Source: Paraspadella gotoi (lineage: Eukaryota; Animalia; Chaetognatha). Taken from it: 64,000 bases of DNA. Below are positions 1 through 13,471 of the stretch, one piece after another. A program made the position numbers and the translations under genes. The stretch covers positions 15,058,722-15,122,721 of the forward strand of contig CM119267.1 of the NCBI GenBank assembly GCA_051294375.1, read 5' to 3'. A model generated the notes under the pieces. It saw only the letters and a program-made list of their open reading frames with translations. It was not told the origin of the DNA and did not search any database. Positions within the stretch are counted from its first letter, which is position 1, and each line of letters begins with the position of its first letter.

Positions 1-25
1 TCTCTCTCTTCTCTCTCTCTCACTC

Positions 26-83
<58 letters not shown>

Positions 84-255
84 CTTTTAGTAATGCATCT
101 CGAGGGAGCGACGCGCCCAAACGCCTTCTTCTTCCCCAAAAGGAAACCCGATTCCGTTTCTGTTCTTCCTCCCGAAAAAAAAAATCGGTTTAATCTTTTA
201 CAAAAACCGAGAGCGAGCACTCCGATAACCTTCTCTCGCTTTTATCTCTCTCTCC

Positions 256-316
<61 letters not shown>

Positions 317-1720
317 ACTCTCTCACGAAATCCCCCTCCTATCTCCCTCCGTCATCCCCGCTACAAAGGCCGGTAAAAAAAAAACAGAACAAGAAAAAAA
401 ACGATAAGTTATTTTCTTTTTTGCTGGAACGAGAGAGAGAGAGAGAGAGGAGAGAAGAGAGAGAGGACATGCTATTACTCAGAAGCACTGCGTATCAGGC
501 GCAGCGTCCGGGAGTCAGCCCGCGCGCGGATCATCGATCGGCTTCTCCCTGGACTTCGACTTACTTCGCTCGGCTCATCTTAATCCTTCTTCCTCTTCCT
601 TCTCCCTATCTCCCGGATCCGCGCGGCCTGCAAAGTCGATCCGATCGGAGCTGATAGCGCGAACTTTACTTCTTTTCTCTCTCTCTTACCCTCATTCACC
701 AACGAGGCTTTTCTCTTCTGCCTCCGCCGAGCGAATCGATCATGAGTTCGCGCGGAATCCGGGAGTCTCTTTTATAAAAAATGTTTGTTTCTCTCTCAAT
801 TTTAAAACGCAACAAAACGAAAGCTTTTATAATAAATTATTATTTATAAATTTTTATTGTTATATTATTATTTTTAAAAATTCTATTATTAGTAGACCAA
901 AAGTTAGTAATATACAAGACATCGAGTTTTCATGTAAAAAACGTTTGCACCCACTTAATCAGACGTATATATAAATAATTTTCGTATAAAAATATTTATT
1001 TAATGCATCGAAATAAGAAGATTCCCGAGATCGAATACGGTCATTTCGTATCTTTTTAATGTTAAAGACGTCAAGCGGTCAAAAAGAACAAAACGATACT
1101 AGCGACCTGGCGGATATTTTCCGCGAATTTTCATAAAAGCAGTCATCCTCCTTCCTCCTCTTCTCTCTCTTTCGCATTAGCATCTAAAAAGGATTCCGGC
1201 GCCGTTATTGCCCTCTTGTTCGTCTTTTTCTCCGACACGATTTAGATCTACCTCCGCTCCTCCTTTCGGCGACGGCGGAGAAAACAAAAGGGCGAACCCA
1301 AGAAAACTAAAATGGCGGAATTAAAAAGAAAAACAGATTAGCCGACGTCGGAAGGAAATGAGGCTTTTTTCTTTCGTTGGGAGAGAATTAAGTTTGAGTT
1401 TTCGGCCTGGTCGGGTTAATTCAAGAAAAGGAAGGATATCTGATAAACCAAGATGTAATCAAAAACGAGCGAAAAGTGAAAATTGAATCTGTGATGAAAA
1501 ACAAACAATGTGTAAAAGAAAAGTTACAAAGCGAAATGGGGGGTTAAAAGAAAAGTAAGGGAAAAAAAATTTAAACCCAAATTGCAATTGGTTTGAACGA
1601 AAGATTCCAGGCGCAAAGGAAAAAAAAAGAAGAAAAGAAGTCGTCGGGCGGGCTCGCGTGAAATGAAGCCGCAATTGCGGAAAATTCGCTTTTTCGTGAA
1701 ATGAGACGGTTAAATTAAAG

Positions 1721-1795
<75 letters not shown>

Positions 1796-1869
1796 AGAGT
1801 TCTCTGATAAGATTAAAACATGCAAGGTTTTCAAAAAACAGATTTATCACATTGTTTAACTGGAAGGAC

Positions 1870-1900
<31 letters not shown>

Positions 1901-2505
1901 AAACATCGACAGAAGCTTAAATCACTCCAAAATAAATACCCTCACGGTACTACTCTTTTTTTTTTTCAGCACGCCATCTTCTCATCCTATTTTCCAATTT
2001 TGGCGGCGCCAACCCCGAGACCAGCGCCGCTTTTCTCGACTTCCGGCGCGCCTCGGCGCCTTTTCGACGGCGATGGGTCAATCCGGCCCCGCCCAAAGAC
2101 CCGCATCTTCTTCCTCCACTTCTTCCTCCTCCTCTTCAACGAACAAAGGCCAGCGGCTCACTCTACCGCCGGTGGTTTCCAACAAAAGAGCAACTGGAGG
2201 TCAACGCGGATTTAATTCGAAGAGGGGGAATGAAGGAGAAGCGAGAGAGAGGCTGGTTTGAAATCCTCAGCGGGTTCGCTAGAAATGGTCGAAGGAAAAG
2301 AGACCGTGAGATTAATTAAAATCCAGGTGTTTTTTTTCTAGTCTTCTCTTTTTTTATGTAAAGATTAAATAACGATTAACATGAAACGAATCGTTTTTGC
2401 CACATCGCCGTTGTCGCTCAATTTTGGGGGGTTTATTTACTTTGTCTTCGTCCCACTGACATTTAAATTATTGTCCAATACTAATTTTGGTTGCGTGGTA
2501 AGAGG

Positions 2506-2506
<1 letters not shown>

Positions 2507-2576
<70 letters not shown>
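2507..2576. repeat. (CAT)n microsatellite
   Basis: Uninterrupted CAT run seen directly; a 21-bp direct duplication follows at about 2589-2637. Confidence 0.95.
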
Positions 2577-3718
2577 TTTCATCTTCGCAATCATCGTTCA
2601 TGTCGTCGTAATCATCGTTCATGTCGTCGTAATCATCATTTTCTCTCATCGTCGTCTTCGTCGTCACTATCGTCGTCGTCGTCTTCGGCCGATGGCGTCG
2701 TGAACCTGTTTTTATTTCCCTCGTAAAAATCGGGAGGCAGAGATTGGATGTTTATCCAAGGCGTAGACGGCGGGAGACGGCGGGAGACGGCGGGAGACGA
2801 GAGTCGGCGGGAAAATTTCCGAACCCCGCGCGACCTCTCGAGATCCCGTCGCCGGGGTCGTGTCGCTCGATCAATTTTCTTTGCTTGCTCTATTATTTTT
2901 CGATGCCCTCGTATTTTAATGCCCTTGGCCTTTTTTTTTTTAGTTGCGCCGCGAGAACTCTCGGAGCAACTCTATAAGTCACTTTTCAGTCGGTCTGTCG
3001 GGCGGCCGGTCCGTCGGTATGTCTGTCCATTGGTCTGTCCCACTTACGTTAAAAATGCATATAATTTGGCTAATTATTTGTCTATAGTTGCTCGTTTGTT
3101 AGGAGAGAAAAAAAATCAAATCTAAGGGACTGCTCGCGCCGCCTTCAGGAAATCCTAAAACTATAAGAAATAAAAGACGGAATTTCAATGCAGTGCATGT
3201 CATAAATACAAGGGTTAAGAACGTTTTATAATTATAGTCATATCATGTCATGTCAAGTCATATCATGTGATCATTGAAAATAAGGTCACTCCGGCGCAAC
3301 CCATTGGATGAACCTATCTTTCTTTTTTTTTTTTTTTTGATACCCGTGGCTTTGTTGCCATTGGCTTTGAATGCCATTGCGGTTTGACACTTTTCTTTGA
3401 AATCCGATTGAAAACATTTACGCTCCTTTTTCGTTAAGTTTACTTAGAAAATGCTTATTTGAGATTATTTTTTTAATTTGTCAAGGCTTTTTAGTTGTTA
3501 TTATGATAACTTTAAACAGTGACCACCCTAATTTTATATTAACGCTCATCAGAAGGCCCTTTTCTAGATCCGAAATCCTAAGATCCGGAATTCCAAATCG
3601 CTTTCGAACAAAGTCCTTTTTTTCAAAGCGCGAGTATTACTTCATGATGACACAGGTCTCAAATTCCTACATCCAGGCGCCCGTCGACCGCGTTCTCCGC
3701 GCGCGACTCTGCTTCTCC

Positions 3719-3781
3719 CACGTGACGTCGCCGCTGACGTCCGTTCCATCGTCACTTCCGGTTCCAAGGCGGACCGGAAAT
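3719..3781 (+). promoter_or_regulatory. Candidate promoter (E-box/CRE and ETS motifs)
   Basis: CACGTGAC 3719-3726, TGACGTC at 3723 and 3735, CACTTCCGGT 3753-3762 and ACCGGAAAT 3773-3781 cluster just upstream of a likely spliced gene; a GTGAGA donor follows at 3862. Confidence 0.4.
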
Positions 3782-4036
3782 GGGAGAGAGGCAAAGAAAA
3801 GAGAGACGAAGTGAAGGAAGACGATGAGGAAGATAAAGTCAGCGAATCAGCAACAGACGAAGTGAGAATAAATATTATTATTTATTAAAAATTTCCAATC
3901 CATCCTTTTCGTTTATATTTCTATTTCTATTCATTCCATATTTATATTTGCATTTATTTTAGCTTATATTCATTTGCGTTAATATTTTAGTTTTTTCGTT
4001 GAATTCATTTAACGACGTTTTTTATTTCGCCACCAG

Positions 4037-6509
4037 ATGACGTCGGAGTGTTTCGACGACGATGACGACGACGAAGTCAACGATGAATCACAGTCCTTGA
4101 CGGAGCTTTCCTCGAAACCCTCGTCCAGAGGAAGCCACATCACCGGGAGGCACTACGGTATTTCATATTCGAATTGTTTTCTTTCCGTTGGTTTATCCTC
4201 CGGTGATTAATTATTTTACCTAATAATGTATTGACCTATTGATTTAGCGATTGATTGATCCCTTTTATTCCGTCGCAGCCCCTCGTCCGAAGGAGATCCC
4301 CCTGACCGAGGAAGAGATCCGGCGACGCCGACGACGCCGCTCCAAAGCCGAAAGGCGCCGAAATCCGGGACGCCGTCAAGACGACGCCGACGCCGACGAC
4401 GAGAGTCGTCCTCATCAGCGTCTCGTCGTCGTCGTCGTCGACGGCAACAACGACGACGACGAAGAAGACGACGACGCGACCGGTGGCGCCGTCGAGAGGC
4501 GAAACAAAAAATCTAGGCGGATGGCGGAGTCGGAGACAAATGAACATCGTCGGTCGGAGGAGGAGGAGGAAGAGCAGGAGGAGGAAGAAGAAGAAGAAGA
4601 AGAGAGAGGAACAGCGGGAGGTATGTTGAAGATAAAAAATAATTACTCGAAAAAAAAAAATTTGAAAGTGAAACCAACAAAAATTCTAATCTTTTTTTGT
4701 GTTATTATTATGAAAAACACTCATTTGTCAAAATTAAAAACTAGGCGGCGCCGCTGCGGAGAAGGCAGCGTCGATCCGCAGCTCGGAATCGGTCTTTATC
4801 GCGGCGCCAACGCCGGAGCGTTCTGAGGAGGACGTACAATGGTGAGGGATGGAAGGATGGAGGAAAGAAAGGAAAGAAGGAAAAGAAGTAAGGAAAGGAA
4901 AGGAAGGATGAAAATAAGAAAGGAGATATGAAGAATTATTAATGGATGATGAAATAGGAAAAGAAAGTAAGAGAATGAGATATTTTTTAATTAAAGGACG
5001 AAATTAAAGAGATAAAAAAAATTTCAATTCCAATTGACTCCGTCTTATGTCGGAAGTCGTGGTTTCGCCAATACCCCTCTTCCCCCTATCCCTCTCTCTC
5101 CCCACTCCTCTCTCGCCCTATCTCTCCCTCCCCACGAATCTTTCCCATTCCTTCCTCCTCCTCTTCCTCCTCCTCCTCCTCTTCCTTCCGGCACCGGCGC
5201 CGACGGAGAATCCACGGTCCTCAAACCGCGCCGCTTTTTCGTCCCAATTTTTCCGACGTTGACGACAGCAAGCGAATGGCGCCGCGATCGGCACTTCAGC
5301 CGGATACTTCCGACCGCTTCGCTTCAAAGTCTTTTGGCGCGGCGTCCTCCCACGCGGGGCGTCGACGGCTCCGTCCCCGCGACGTCGCTGCCATTCGTCG
5401 CCAACTTGGTCGATCCGACGACGCAACTTCGCGTCGGAACCGGCGTCGGCCGACGTCGTAAATGCCGCCGGGATCGAGGGAACGGCGCCGACCCACCCTT
5501 TCCGCCCTTCGTCAAGATAGACCTACGTCCCGTCGTCACGGACCAAGAACCCGCGCCGGATTGTGGAACCGAGGAACCGGATCCGGATCCGGAACCGGCG
5601 CTGATAGAGGCGAGAAACGCGGAAACGCCGACGGCGGGAAAGAGACGCTTAAAAAGAGAGAGACAGAGACGAAACAAGAGATGGGAGGCGTCGAAGCGAG
5701 AGAGAGACGGAGACAGATTTGAAGCAGACAGAGACGGAGACGGTCTCGCTCTCTTGACGCCGTATCACGCTTCGGTCAGTGTTTGTCTTTTGTCGCTTTT
5801 TTCGCTGGACGAGTTGCACTTTGATCCCACAGAGACACCCTCCAGTCCTTTCACTTTTTCTCGCGAAAATGAAATCGCTTAGATTTAGTGACTCAAATAA
5901 CCGGCCAGCACGATCACACTCACTCGTCACTATTACACCACTCAACGGTTTGATTGGTCAATTGCCTGACCCCAATCAACTAATTTACTGTTATGGATTA
6001 GACAATAACATTCTTAAACATAATAGCAACGGTATTTCATAACACATATAGCGTCGATATTCTCAGAATGTTTACGTTCCTCTTTTTTTTTTAAATTTTT
6101 TTCACGTTTTATCGTTTATTTTTTTATAAACGTAAGGAGTGAAAGGATTGTTTATAGGAAAAAAACTTAATTCTGTCACGTTAAAATTAAAAGTTCGCTT
6201 AAAAAATAATAATTATATGTATTTTTTAAAAATTTCTTTGCCATGCTAAAGTTGAAACTAGACTCTTCGCTGGAATTTCGCTACGACGGCGTCACCGACG
6301 ACGATAACGACGACGACGCCATCGCCGCGGTCGCCGGCGCCTCGGCCGAGAGTGGAGCCGCGCGAGACGCCGCCCGCTCGCGCGACATCTATCGCGGACA
6401 AAAGAACGCGTTTCGACCGGGCAGAGTCAAGAGAACAAAGGCGCAGTCGAAAGCCGTTTCGCCCCGCGTCCCAAACGACGAGGCGCGGTCGAACGAGAGA
6501 ATAATATGA
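4037..6509 (+). CDS. Putative multi-exon gene for a low-complexity acidic/basic protein of unknown function (partial model)
   Basis: Phase-consistent GT-AG exons 4037-4157 (MTSECFDDDD...GRHY), 4279-4620 (APRPKEIPLTEEEIRRRRRR...EEEEE) and 4745-4841 (GGAAAEKAASIRSSESVF...). Further GC-rich exon-like segments lie at about 5190-5775 and 6262-6509, but their phases could not be reconciled. No recognisable domain. Confidence 0.4.
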
Positions 6510-7648
6510 ACCAGAGGAACTACTTGTGACTATATAATATATATTTATGGAAAAGGTTTTCGGAATAACGTTATTCCATATCTAATTATACTTCGATACC
6601 TTGTGCCACAGAGAGAATACTTTGTTTTTATATTTTTTTTGAAAAATCGGATACCTGAAACTCGGATTTTTGATAACTGAAACAAATAGAAATCATGCTG
6701 TAGATTGACTAACTTAAATATAAGCTTAAAATATTTATAGATTAGCTTTTTTAAAAGGTATTTAAAAATTATTTTTGTAGCTCGCGCTAGACCTCAATAA
6801 CAAAGTTTAGTATCGGACCGGGGAATCATTCATTCTCGCCCCATTATCGATGTAAAGTCGCAAAATAAACGCATTTTTCACTCGGCCTCTCATCCAGTCT
6901 CGGCTCCTTTGTTAATTTTTAACGATAATGACGTCATTTGTCAAAATCAGAGGACGAAACCCGCGTCGTCGTCATGCGGAAAATACAGGTAGAATGTTAA
7001 TGAGAACGATATAGGCCGAGTTAAGGAAAAACAAAAGATCGTAAGTTTTGCGAGTAGTTTTTATTTAGTTTTAAAGAGGTCGCGTTGGTACGACTAAACA
7101 AGAACGCAAAAGAACATCTTTTGTAGATTTAGGGTTAGCAATGAAGACCAACCCTAAGGATTGCTTTAATTTGGTTTATTTAATGAAATTCTGTAGTACA
7201 CCCCACTTTAAGATTTTTAAATTTAACGTTTTAAAAAAAGAAAATATCTTTATTATCATTTATAGAGATGCTTTAATTCTGTTTCAAAGAGACGTATTAT
7301 GTATGTACGTATTTTTTTAACGAGGTAGATAGTAGATACGTGATAGTTTTACAAATTTTAAATAAAAAAACCAGAAAACCAAAACCAAAAATATAAACCA
7401 ACCCCATTCATCAAAAAGTAGCGTCCACCGTCCACCGCATGAGAGTCGTTCGCTTCAATTTCTCTGCCAAGAAAAAAATAATAACCAAGAAACCGCCTCC
7501 CCTCGAGGAAGCCCACTCGCCAGCCGTTTATTCTATGGGCACTCAAACAATAATAAACAAACAAAACGACAAACGCCAAACAATTTCCCTCGAACGCCTT
7601 CCAGCCTCTGTTTGCGCTGTAAGGGGGAGGGCAGGGGAGACAAGGAAG

Positions 7649-7729
<81 letters not shown>

Positions 7730-8714
7730 GTTTTCTCTCTCTTATTATCGCTTATTTTATGGGTTTTCTTTTCTTTCTGGGATTTTTAAAGGAGACTGAG
7801 AGGGAAAGAGGAGAAAAGGTTAAACATTAGCAGCGACGCAGTAAATTCAATGAAAGGGAATCGATTCTTCCGCGGGTCGCGTCCCGTCGCTTGGATTTTC
7901 TTTTCCCCGGATGTTGATCGGAGATTTTACTCGATATTAAGTTATTGTGCATTGCACAATATTCACTATGTAAGATGTAAGATGAGGAGGAATATATAAT
8001 ACAAATGTTGGGACTTATTTTCTCAAAACGCCTGATTTTATCTTAAATTCAGAATTATTGCAAATAATTTTTTAAGTTTAAATTTGAGTTTGTGATCAGG
8101 TTAATAATTCGAGTGAGCGATTAGCGTTAGAGGCTGTGGTTTTTTCGGTTTATGGTTGGTGCTTAATATTAGGGTGAGCGATTAAGTTTAGGTTAGGGAT
8201 AATAATAATTTCAGGGATTGGGGAACAGAAATGGAGCGCGATAATTTTTTCATGTACTCCATAATAAAGTAAATTAAATTTTAAGCTATTTATTTTAATT
8301 TAAATGCTCCCTGTCAGCTTTGATATCGTTGTCACTCTCAGTCTAATCTAATCACGCGCCCCAAATTCTCTTCGATGCTCCTTTGTTGAGGATGATCGCG
8401 GAAGGCATTAGGATCGAATTATGAACTGATAAAGCGGAGACGCAGACGCGCCAGACGCCGCAGACGGGGCCCAAAGGTTAACCGAGTTTACCGAGGCGGA
8501 TCTCGAGTTTCGAACGTCGTCGGGGATTGGAACGACAACGACGACGACGACCATGACGACGACAACGTTATTTTCTAAAAAACGGGGAAAAAAAGAATGA
8601 AGGGAAAAAAAAAAGTTCTTTCGAAAAACTGTTTGTTGACCCATATCCTGGCAGCTTAAGAAAGGAAAATATTGGAAATGTGACAGTCAAAAAAAGGGAT
8701 GAACGTTACCAGAA

Positions 8715-8791
<77 letters not shown>

Positions 8792-8941
8792 CAACGCACA
8801 TTGTTATAAACCATTTCACTTCCTCGCCGAATCTTAAGAACTAACTCGGTTTTCACTTTTCTTTAATGCAGTCGTAATTTCAGCACAAGTGGAACATTCA
8901 GCCTTGCAAATCCGCATCTTAATGCCGAACACACAGAGAGA

Positions 8942-8995
<54 letters not shown>

Positions 8996-9454
8996 GGGAG
9001 AGAGTCATCCGGGACACTTTGTCATGAAAATGAATTTGCTTTCCTCATCCTCATCGCTCGAGATTCCAGATTTATTCACAAAACTTCACAAAGTCTTCAC
9101 GGAGAAAAGAAGAGGGAGCGCTTGACAACGAGAGAAAACAAGGAATTTTGGAAAAGAGTCAATTGATTTCTATAAATAGTTTTGAGACTCATATCATGCA
9201 TTATGACCTTGTAATTGACATATGATTTACCTTCTCAAGTTTGCGAAGCTCGTGGTGAGCGAGTGAACGCGACTCGGCAGAAAACGCTCGCTTATGGTCA
9301 TTGCCATTGGTCAGTAAGGCGGGCCAAAATCGATCTGTTTTTTTATCATTAGGAGTTCTGTAACATAAAATTTATTTGTCCATCATATATTTAATCAATA
9401 TTTACTATCACTTTTTTTAACTAATAAAGCACAGTATAACATTGAAGCATTTAA

Positions 9455-9549
9455 ATATTTTTAAATGCATAAAAAAATATTTTTAAATGCATAAAAAAAT
9501 ATTTTTAAATGCATAAAAAAATATTTTTAAAGGCATAAAAAACATTTTT
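9455..9549. repeat. 22-bp minisatellite (ATATTTTTAAATGCATAAAAAA), about 4 copies
   Basis: GCAT recurs at 9467, 9489, 9511 and 9533, a period of 22. Confidence 0.9.
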
Positions 9550-11478
9550 GTAAAAATTGTATTTTTAATAACGGATTAAGATAGCCCATAAAAGGTTGTC
9601 TATACAAAATATAATTCGTTTTTCATTTTTTCGATGATAAGTGGGTCAAATAAGGAAAAACCCTTAAAAATCATCATCATCATCATCATACCATAATTTT
9701 TATAGTTTTTGCTAATTTTAACCGATAAAATATATATTACAATTTGGAAATCTTGTAATTATATTTTTTATTTATTTTTTCACTCTCTACCAGAATCCAT
9801 TTTTAAAAATTATGAATTAGAAAAATCTTTTTTATGATTCATAGTAATACGAATATCTTTAAATGCTTCTATGTTATTAACTATACATAAAATCATAAAA
9901 TGTTTTTCAATTTCGTTTTCCCATAGAGATGCTCAAACGTTATTTATATTACAGAATTCTTAGTTTTTACTTTGTTCCGCCTTATTGGTCAGTCCTCCCT
10001 TTGATCTGAGAGGTCAGCCGTCTGAGGTTAACGTTGAGGTCGGACGGTTATCGATCGTCGGTTTAAAACTAACGAGCTCAAAACGTTCAAAAGTCATGGT
10101 GGTCGTCGTCCTTGTTGTCGTCGCCCATTCTTTTGTTCCGGTTTCCATGGAGATGCAGATTCGTTGCTTAAAACTGTCGAGAGCACGCGCGGCGACGCGA
10201 CGCAAATGACGACGATGACGCCGAGTCTCCCGCTTCACCAGTTAAGAATCACGCGTCGCGAACTACACTCATGTGGTTTGGCTCATTTCTCCCGTTTCAC
10301 TGGTTCGCTTAGCGAAACAAAGAGGCTTTGACATCGTTTAAATTGTTATTTTGATAACTAAATTATTACAAACATTGACATACACTTACTCCAGGAAAGA
10401 CCGAATGATAGTCGCACCGTGTGAATACAAATTCTCTTCTCAAACAAAGTTTTAATTTTTAAAAAAGTTAAAATAAATAGTTTAAAAACTGACAATAACG
10501 AACTGATCTTCCACACAGTAGCGGTTGGGCTTGGAATGGGGGGGGGAGTGCTGGAGGAAGTTTCCGAACAGGAGGTGGGGACTAAATTTATTCCTCTGAT
10601 TCCCGTTGATTCCCTCTAAGAAACCGCGGAAAGGCGGGCGGCCACGGCGCCACCAGGAAACCTCGGCGCCCGGCAGCCGAAAGAGAAGCGGGGCCGCGCC
10701 GCTTGGAAACCGCCATCATAACAAAAGTTGAATAATGTGTTTTGGATACAGAAATCCGGGAGAAGAAATGGATGAAAAGTGTCGAGAAGGGGGGGGGTGA
10801 GGTGGAGTGGGTTGGAGAATGGGGGAATTGGAAGTGGGTTTCTTGGGCTTTTTATTTTGTAACGGACGCCCCGCGAACATGATTTAATGATGTTGGGAAG
10901 AAGAATAATTCCATTCTGTCATTTACTATAGTACATTTACATATACTATTTAGTATTTATTATAGGTCATCGTCATCGTCGGTCAAATTGATCGAACGGA
11001 ATCTGTGAGTAAAAAAATCTTCAAAAAGATTAAAACGAGTATGATTGAGTTGCATAAGAACGAATGTTAAACAAGATATTGGCAACTCGGCAGCTAAAAG
11101 TGGTGAAAAATTCGTCTTGTGCAAAGGCGGAATTGATGGACTTTGCTTTATTCTGTTATTTTCTTGAAAAGGTAAGGAAAAATGAGAAAAGAAAGAAAAG
11201 AAAAGAAAAGAAAAGAAAAAAAAGAAAGAAAAAAAAGAAAATTTAATTTAATTCCACCGAAACTGACCAACCAAAAACGACAATGAAAACATCTTTTAAC
11301 TTTACAAAACCGTTAGTGGTCGATGACCCCTGACCCACTAAACTTCGATCGCGTTGACCTTTTTGAATTCGTTTCGGCCATCCTAAATATTTGTTGACGT
11401 CCTTTTTATTTATCTCTCTGTTTTTATTTCTATGCACGATTTGGCTTTCCGCTCCAAAATAGTTATATTTTTTTAATC

Positions 11479-11636
11479 TGAGATAAGAAAAATTGTCTTT
11501 GTTTTCACAACGAATTTTAATGAAAAAATCACGGACATGTTTCGTCTTAATTTCAGACCTTCATCAGTGATCGAAACAGTCTTTGATTTTCTCATTAAAA
11601 CTTCGTTGTGAAAACCAAAAAAAATTTCTTATCTCA
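11479..11636 (-). mobile_element. Imperfect foldback element with a minimal hammerhead-ribozyme-like core (Penelope-like element/retrozyme relic)
   Basis: Arms at about 11479-11544 and 11571-11636 are imperfect reverse complements. The minus strand reads CTGATGA-AG-GTCT-gaaatta-AGAC-GAAAC-AT-GTC (11567 to 11534). Confidence 0.65.
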
Positions 11637-12037
11637 ATTCTAAACCAATGAAAAGAAAGGAAAAAATATCAATTTTCAAAATAAAAAAACCGCGACGTTA
11701 AAAAAAAATGAATTAGGCAACTTTCGCCGATGGTTAAATTAAATAGTTTTGTGATTCGACATTGTTTAAAACGAACACGTTTCACTCTCGGTACCATTTT
11801 TCTCCGTTAATATTTTTTTTTCACGTAATTTTATTTACATTTTTAGAACCTTTTCTTCCGGTTAACATTATTTAGTTATGTTACAATTTTACGTTTTCAG
11901 TGTGCTTTTATGATACACGATTTATCTCAGACATCAGTAATGACATGTCCAAAACTTCACCCACAAAACGACGTGATGAATACGAATAAATAAATAAAAC
12001 TCAGGAAAATTTTATAGTTAAATTTCGATTTAAAAAA

Positions 12038-13471
12038 ATGGCAACTTCCATCAATACTACGCGTACTGCGCCGGACGGTGGCGCCCCCGCTTGGCTGACG
12101 GTGATCGCGTTCACTTTGTTAAACGCGATCTACGGTTGCATCGACCGGTCCTACGGCGTCGTGTTGATGCACTTTCGCGCCTCTTTTCCAATGGCGTCCG
12201 AAGCCGCGTTGGCCGGCGTCGGATCCACGGTCAGTTGCCTCACCTTCGTCACCGCCCCCGTCGCAACGGCGATCGTCGAAGGCGGCGTCACAGCGCGAAC
12301 CGTCATCTTATTATCAACACCTCTGATTGTCTTTGGATTCATCGGCGCCGCCTTCGCCAACTCCGTCTCTCTGCTTTACTTGACCTTCGGAGTCATGATC
12401 GGCGTCGGCGGCGGAATCAGCTTCAACGCTTCCTACATCGCCGTCGGTCAATATTTCGAAAAACGCCTGCCCGTTGCCATAGGGATCGGCTTTGCGGGGG
12501 CAGGGCTGGGCGGAACCGTTATGCCACCTCTTCTCGAGCTGCTGGAGGAAGAATTCGGACTCCGAGGAACGCTCGTCATCGCTGGAGGGATTAGCCTCCA
12601 TTTCTTTCTCGTTGGATCCATGATTTGGCCATTGGAGGATCGAAAAATTGACGGCGAAGACAACGCGGAATTTGAGACTCCTATCGAAGAAAAGAAAACC
12701 AAAAGCGGGAATAAACAAAAGAACAACGTACACGATTCTGAAGACGGCCCCCCGTTTTTCAGGGACTTCAAAGTAGATCAAGAAAAACTGCCTTATTCCC
12801 TCGGGCATCCCGACGGACCTCGCTTCAACGGAGTTTGGAAAACAAAACAAAAAGTGTCGACGATTTTTGGGCTGAACTTGACCGTTCTCCGCGACCCAAT
12901 TTTTATCCTCTTCCTCTGTGAACAACTCGTTTCGATTCCCTGCGGTTACTGGTCCTACGTTTACCTGCCGAGTTTGGTTACGGAGAGAGCATTGCCAGAG
13001 ATGGACGGAGCTTTGATGATCACATACGTTTATGCTACGGAAATGTTCACCTTGTCGCTGGGAGGACTCGTTCTCACCGTCGACGCCCTTCGTCCTTGGT
13101 GGCGCGTCATCGCCGTCGTCGATTTACTTCTTGTGGGCGTGGCCGACTTGGCACTCGTCTTCGCAACATCGCGCGTCCATTTCGTCATCTACGCCGTTTG
13201 TCACGGCGTTATCTTTAGCGTAGCCCTCGTGATGAGGACTCCGCTCATGACGGATCTCCTTGGCAGGCTCGATCTGGCGAGTCGCTTGGGATGGCACCAA
13301 TTTTGCATCGGTTTGGGATTCGTGGCGATGCCGTTGGCGTCGGCAGCTGCTGTCATTGCGTTCGGGGGATTCGCCGGCGCGTATTATTTTAATTCGGTGG
13401 CGCAGCTGGCGGCGGCCGCGATTTTGACGCTGACATACTCTCTGAGGAGGAGAGCGTCTCGAGCAGACTGA
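12038..13471 (+). CDS. Monocarboxylate transporter-like MFS protein (SLC16 family), single exon, 477 aa
   Basis: N-terminal APDGG-x3-W motif typical of SLC16; YFEKRLPVAIGIGFAGAGLGG resembles the SLC16 TM4-5 motif; two hydrophobic halves are separated by a long charged loop; uninterrupted ORF with A-rich start context. Confidence 0.9.
   Translation: MATSINTTRTAPDGGAPAWLTVIAFTLLNAIYGCIDRSYGVVLMHFRASFPMASEAALAGVGSTVSCLTFVTAPVATAIVEGGVTARTVILLSTPLIVFGFIGAAFANSVSLLYLTFGVMIGVGGGISFNASYIAVGQYFEKRLPVAIGIGFAGAGLGGTVMPPLLELLEEEFGLRGTLVIAGGISLHFFLVGSMIWPLEDRKIDGEDNAEFETPIEEKKTKSGNKQKNNVHDSEDGPPFFRDFKVDQEKLPYSLGHPDGPRFNGVWKTKQKVSTIFGLNLTVLRDPIFILFLCEQLVSIPCGYWSYVYLPSLVTERALPEMDGALMITYVYATEMFTLSLGGLVLTVDALRPWWRVIAVVDLLLVGVADLALVFATSRVHFVIYAVCHGVIFSVALVMRTPLMTDLLGRLDLASRLGWHQFCIGLGFVAMPLASAAAVIAFGGFAGAYYFNSVAQLAAAAILTLTYSLRRRASRAD

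Noticed and set aside
1-470. ORFs rich in ERERER or LSLSLS here and throughout (for example 7650, 25760, 47570, 49180)
   Set aside because: They are translations of (GA)n/(TC)n microsatellites with no domain content.
2381-2703. Poly-Ser, poly-Ile and poly-Asp ORFs
   Set aside because: Different frames of one (CAT)n microsatellite.
8095-8200. TTAGGG-like words suggesting an interstitial telomere
   Set aside because: Only a few scattered, degenerate units; no array.
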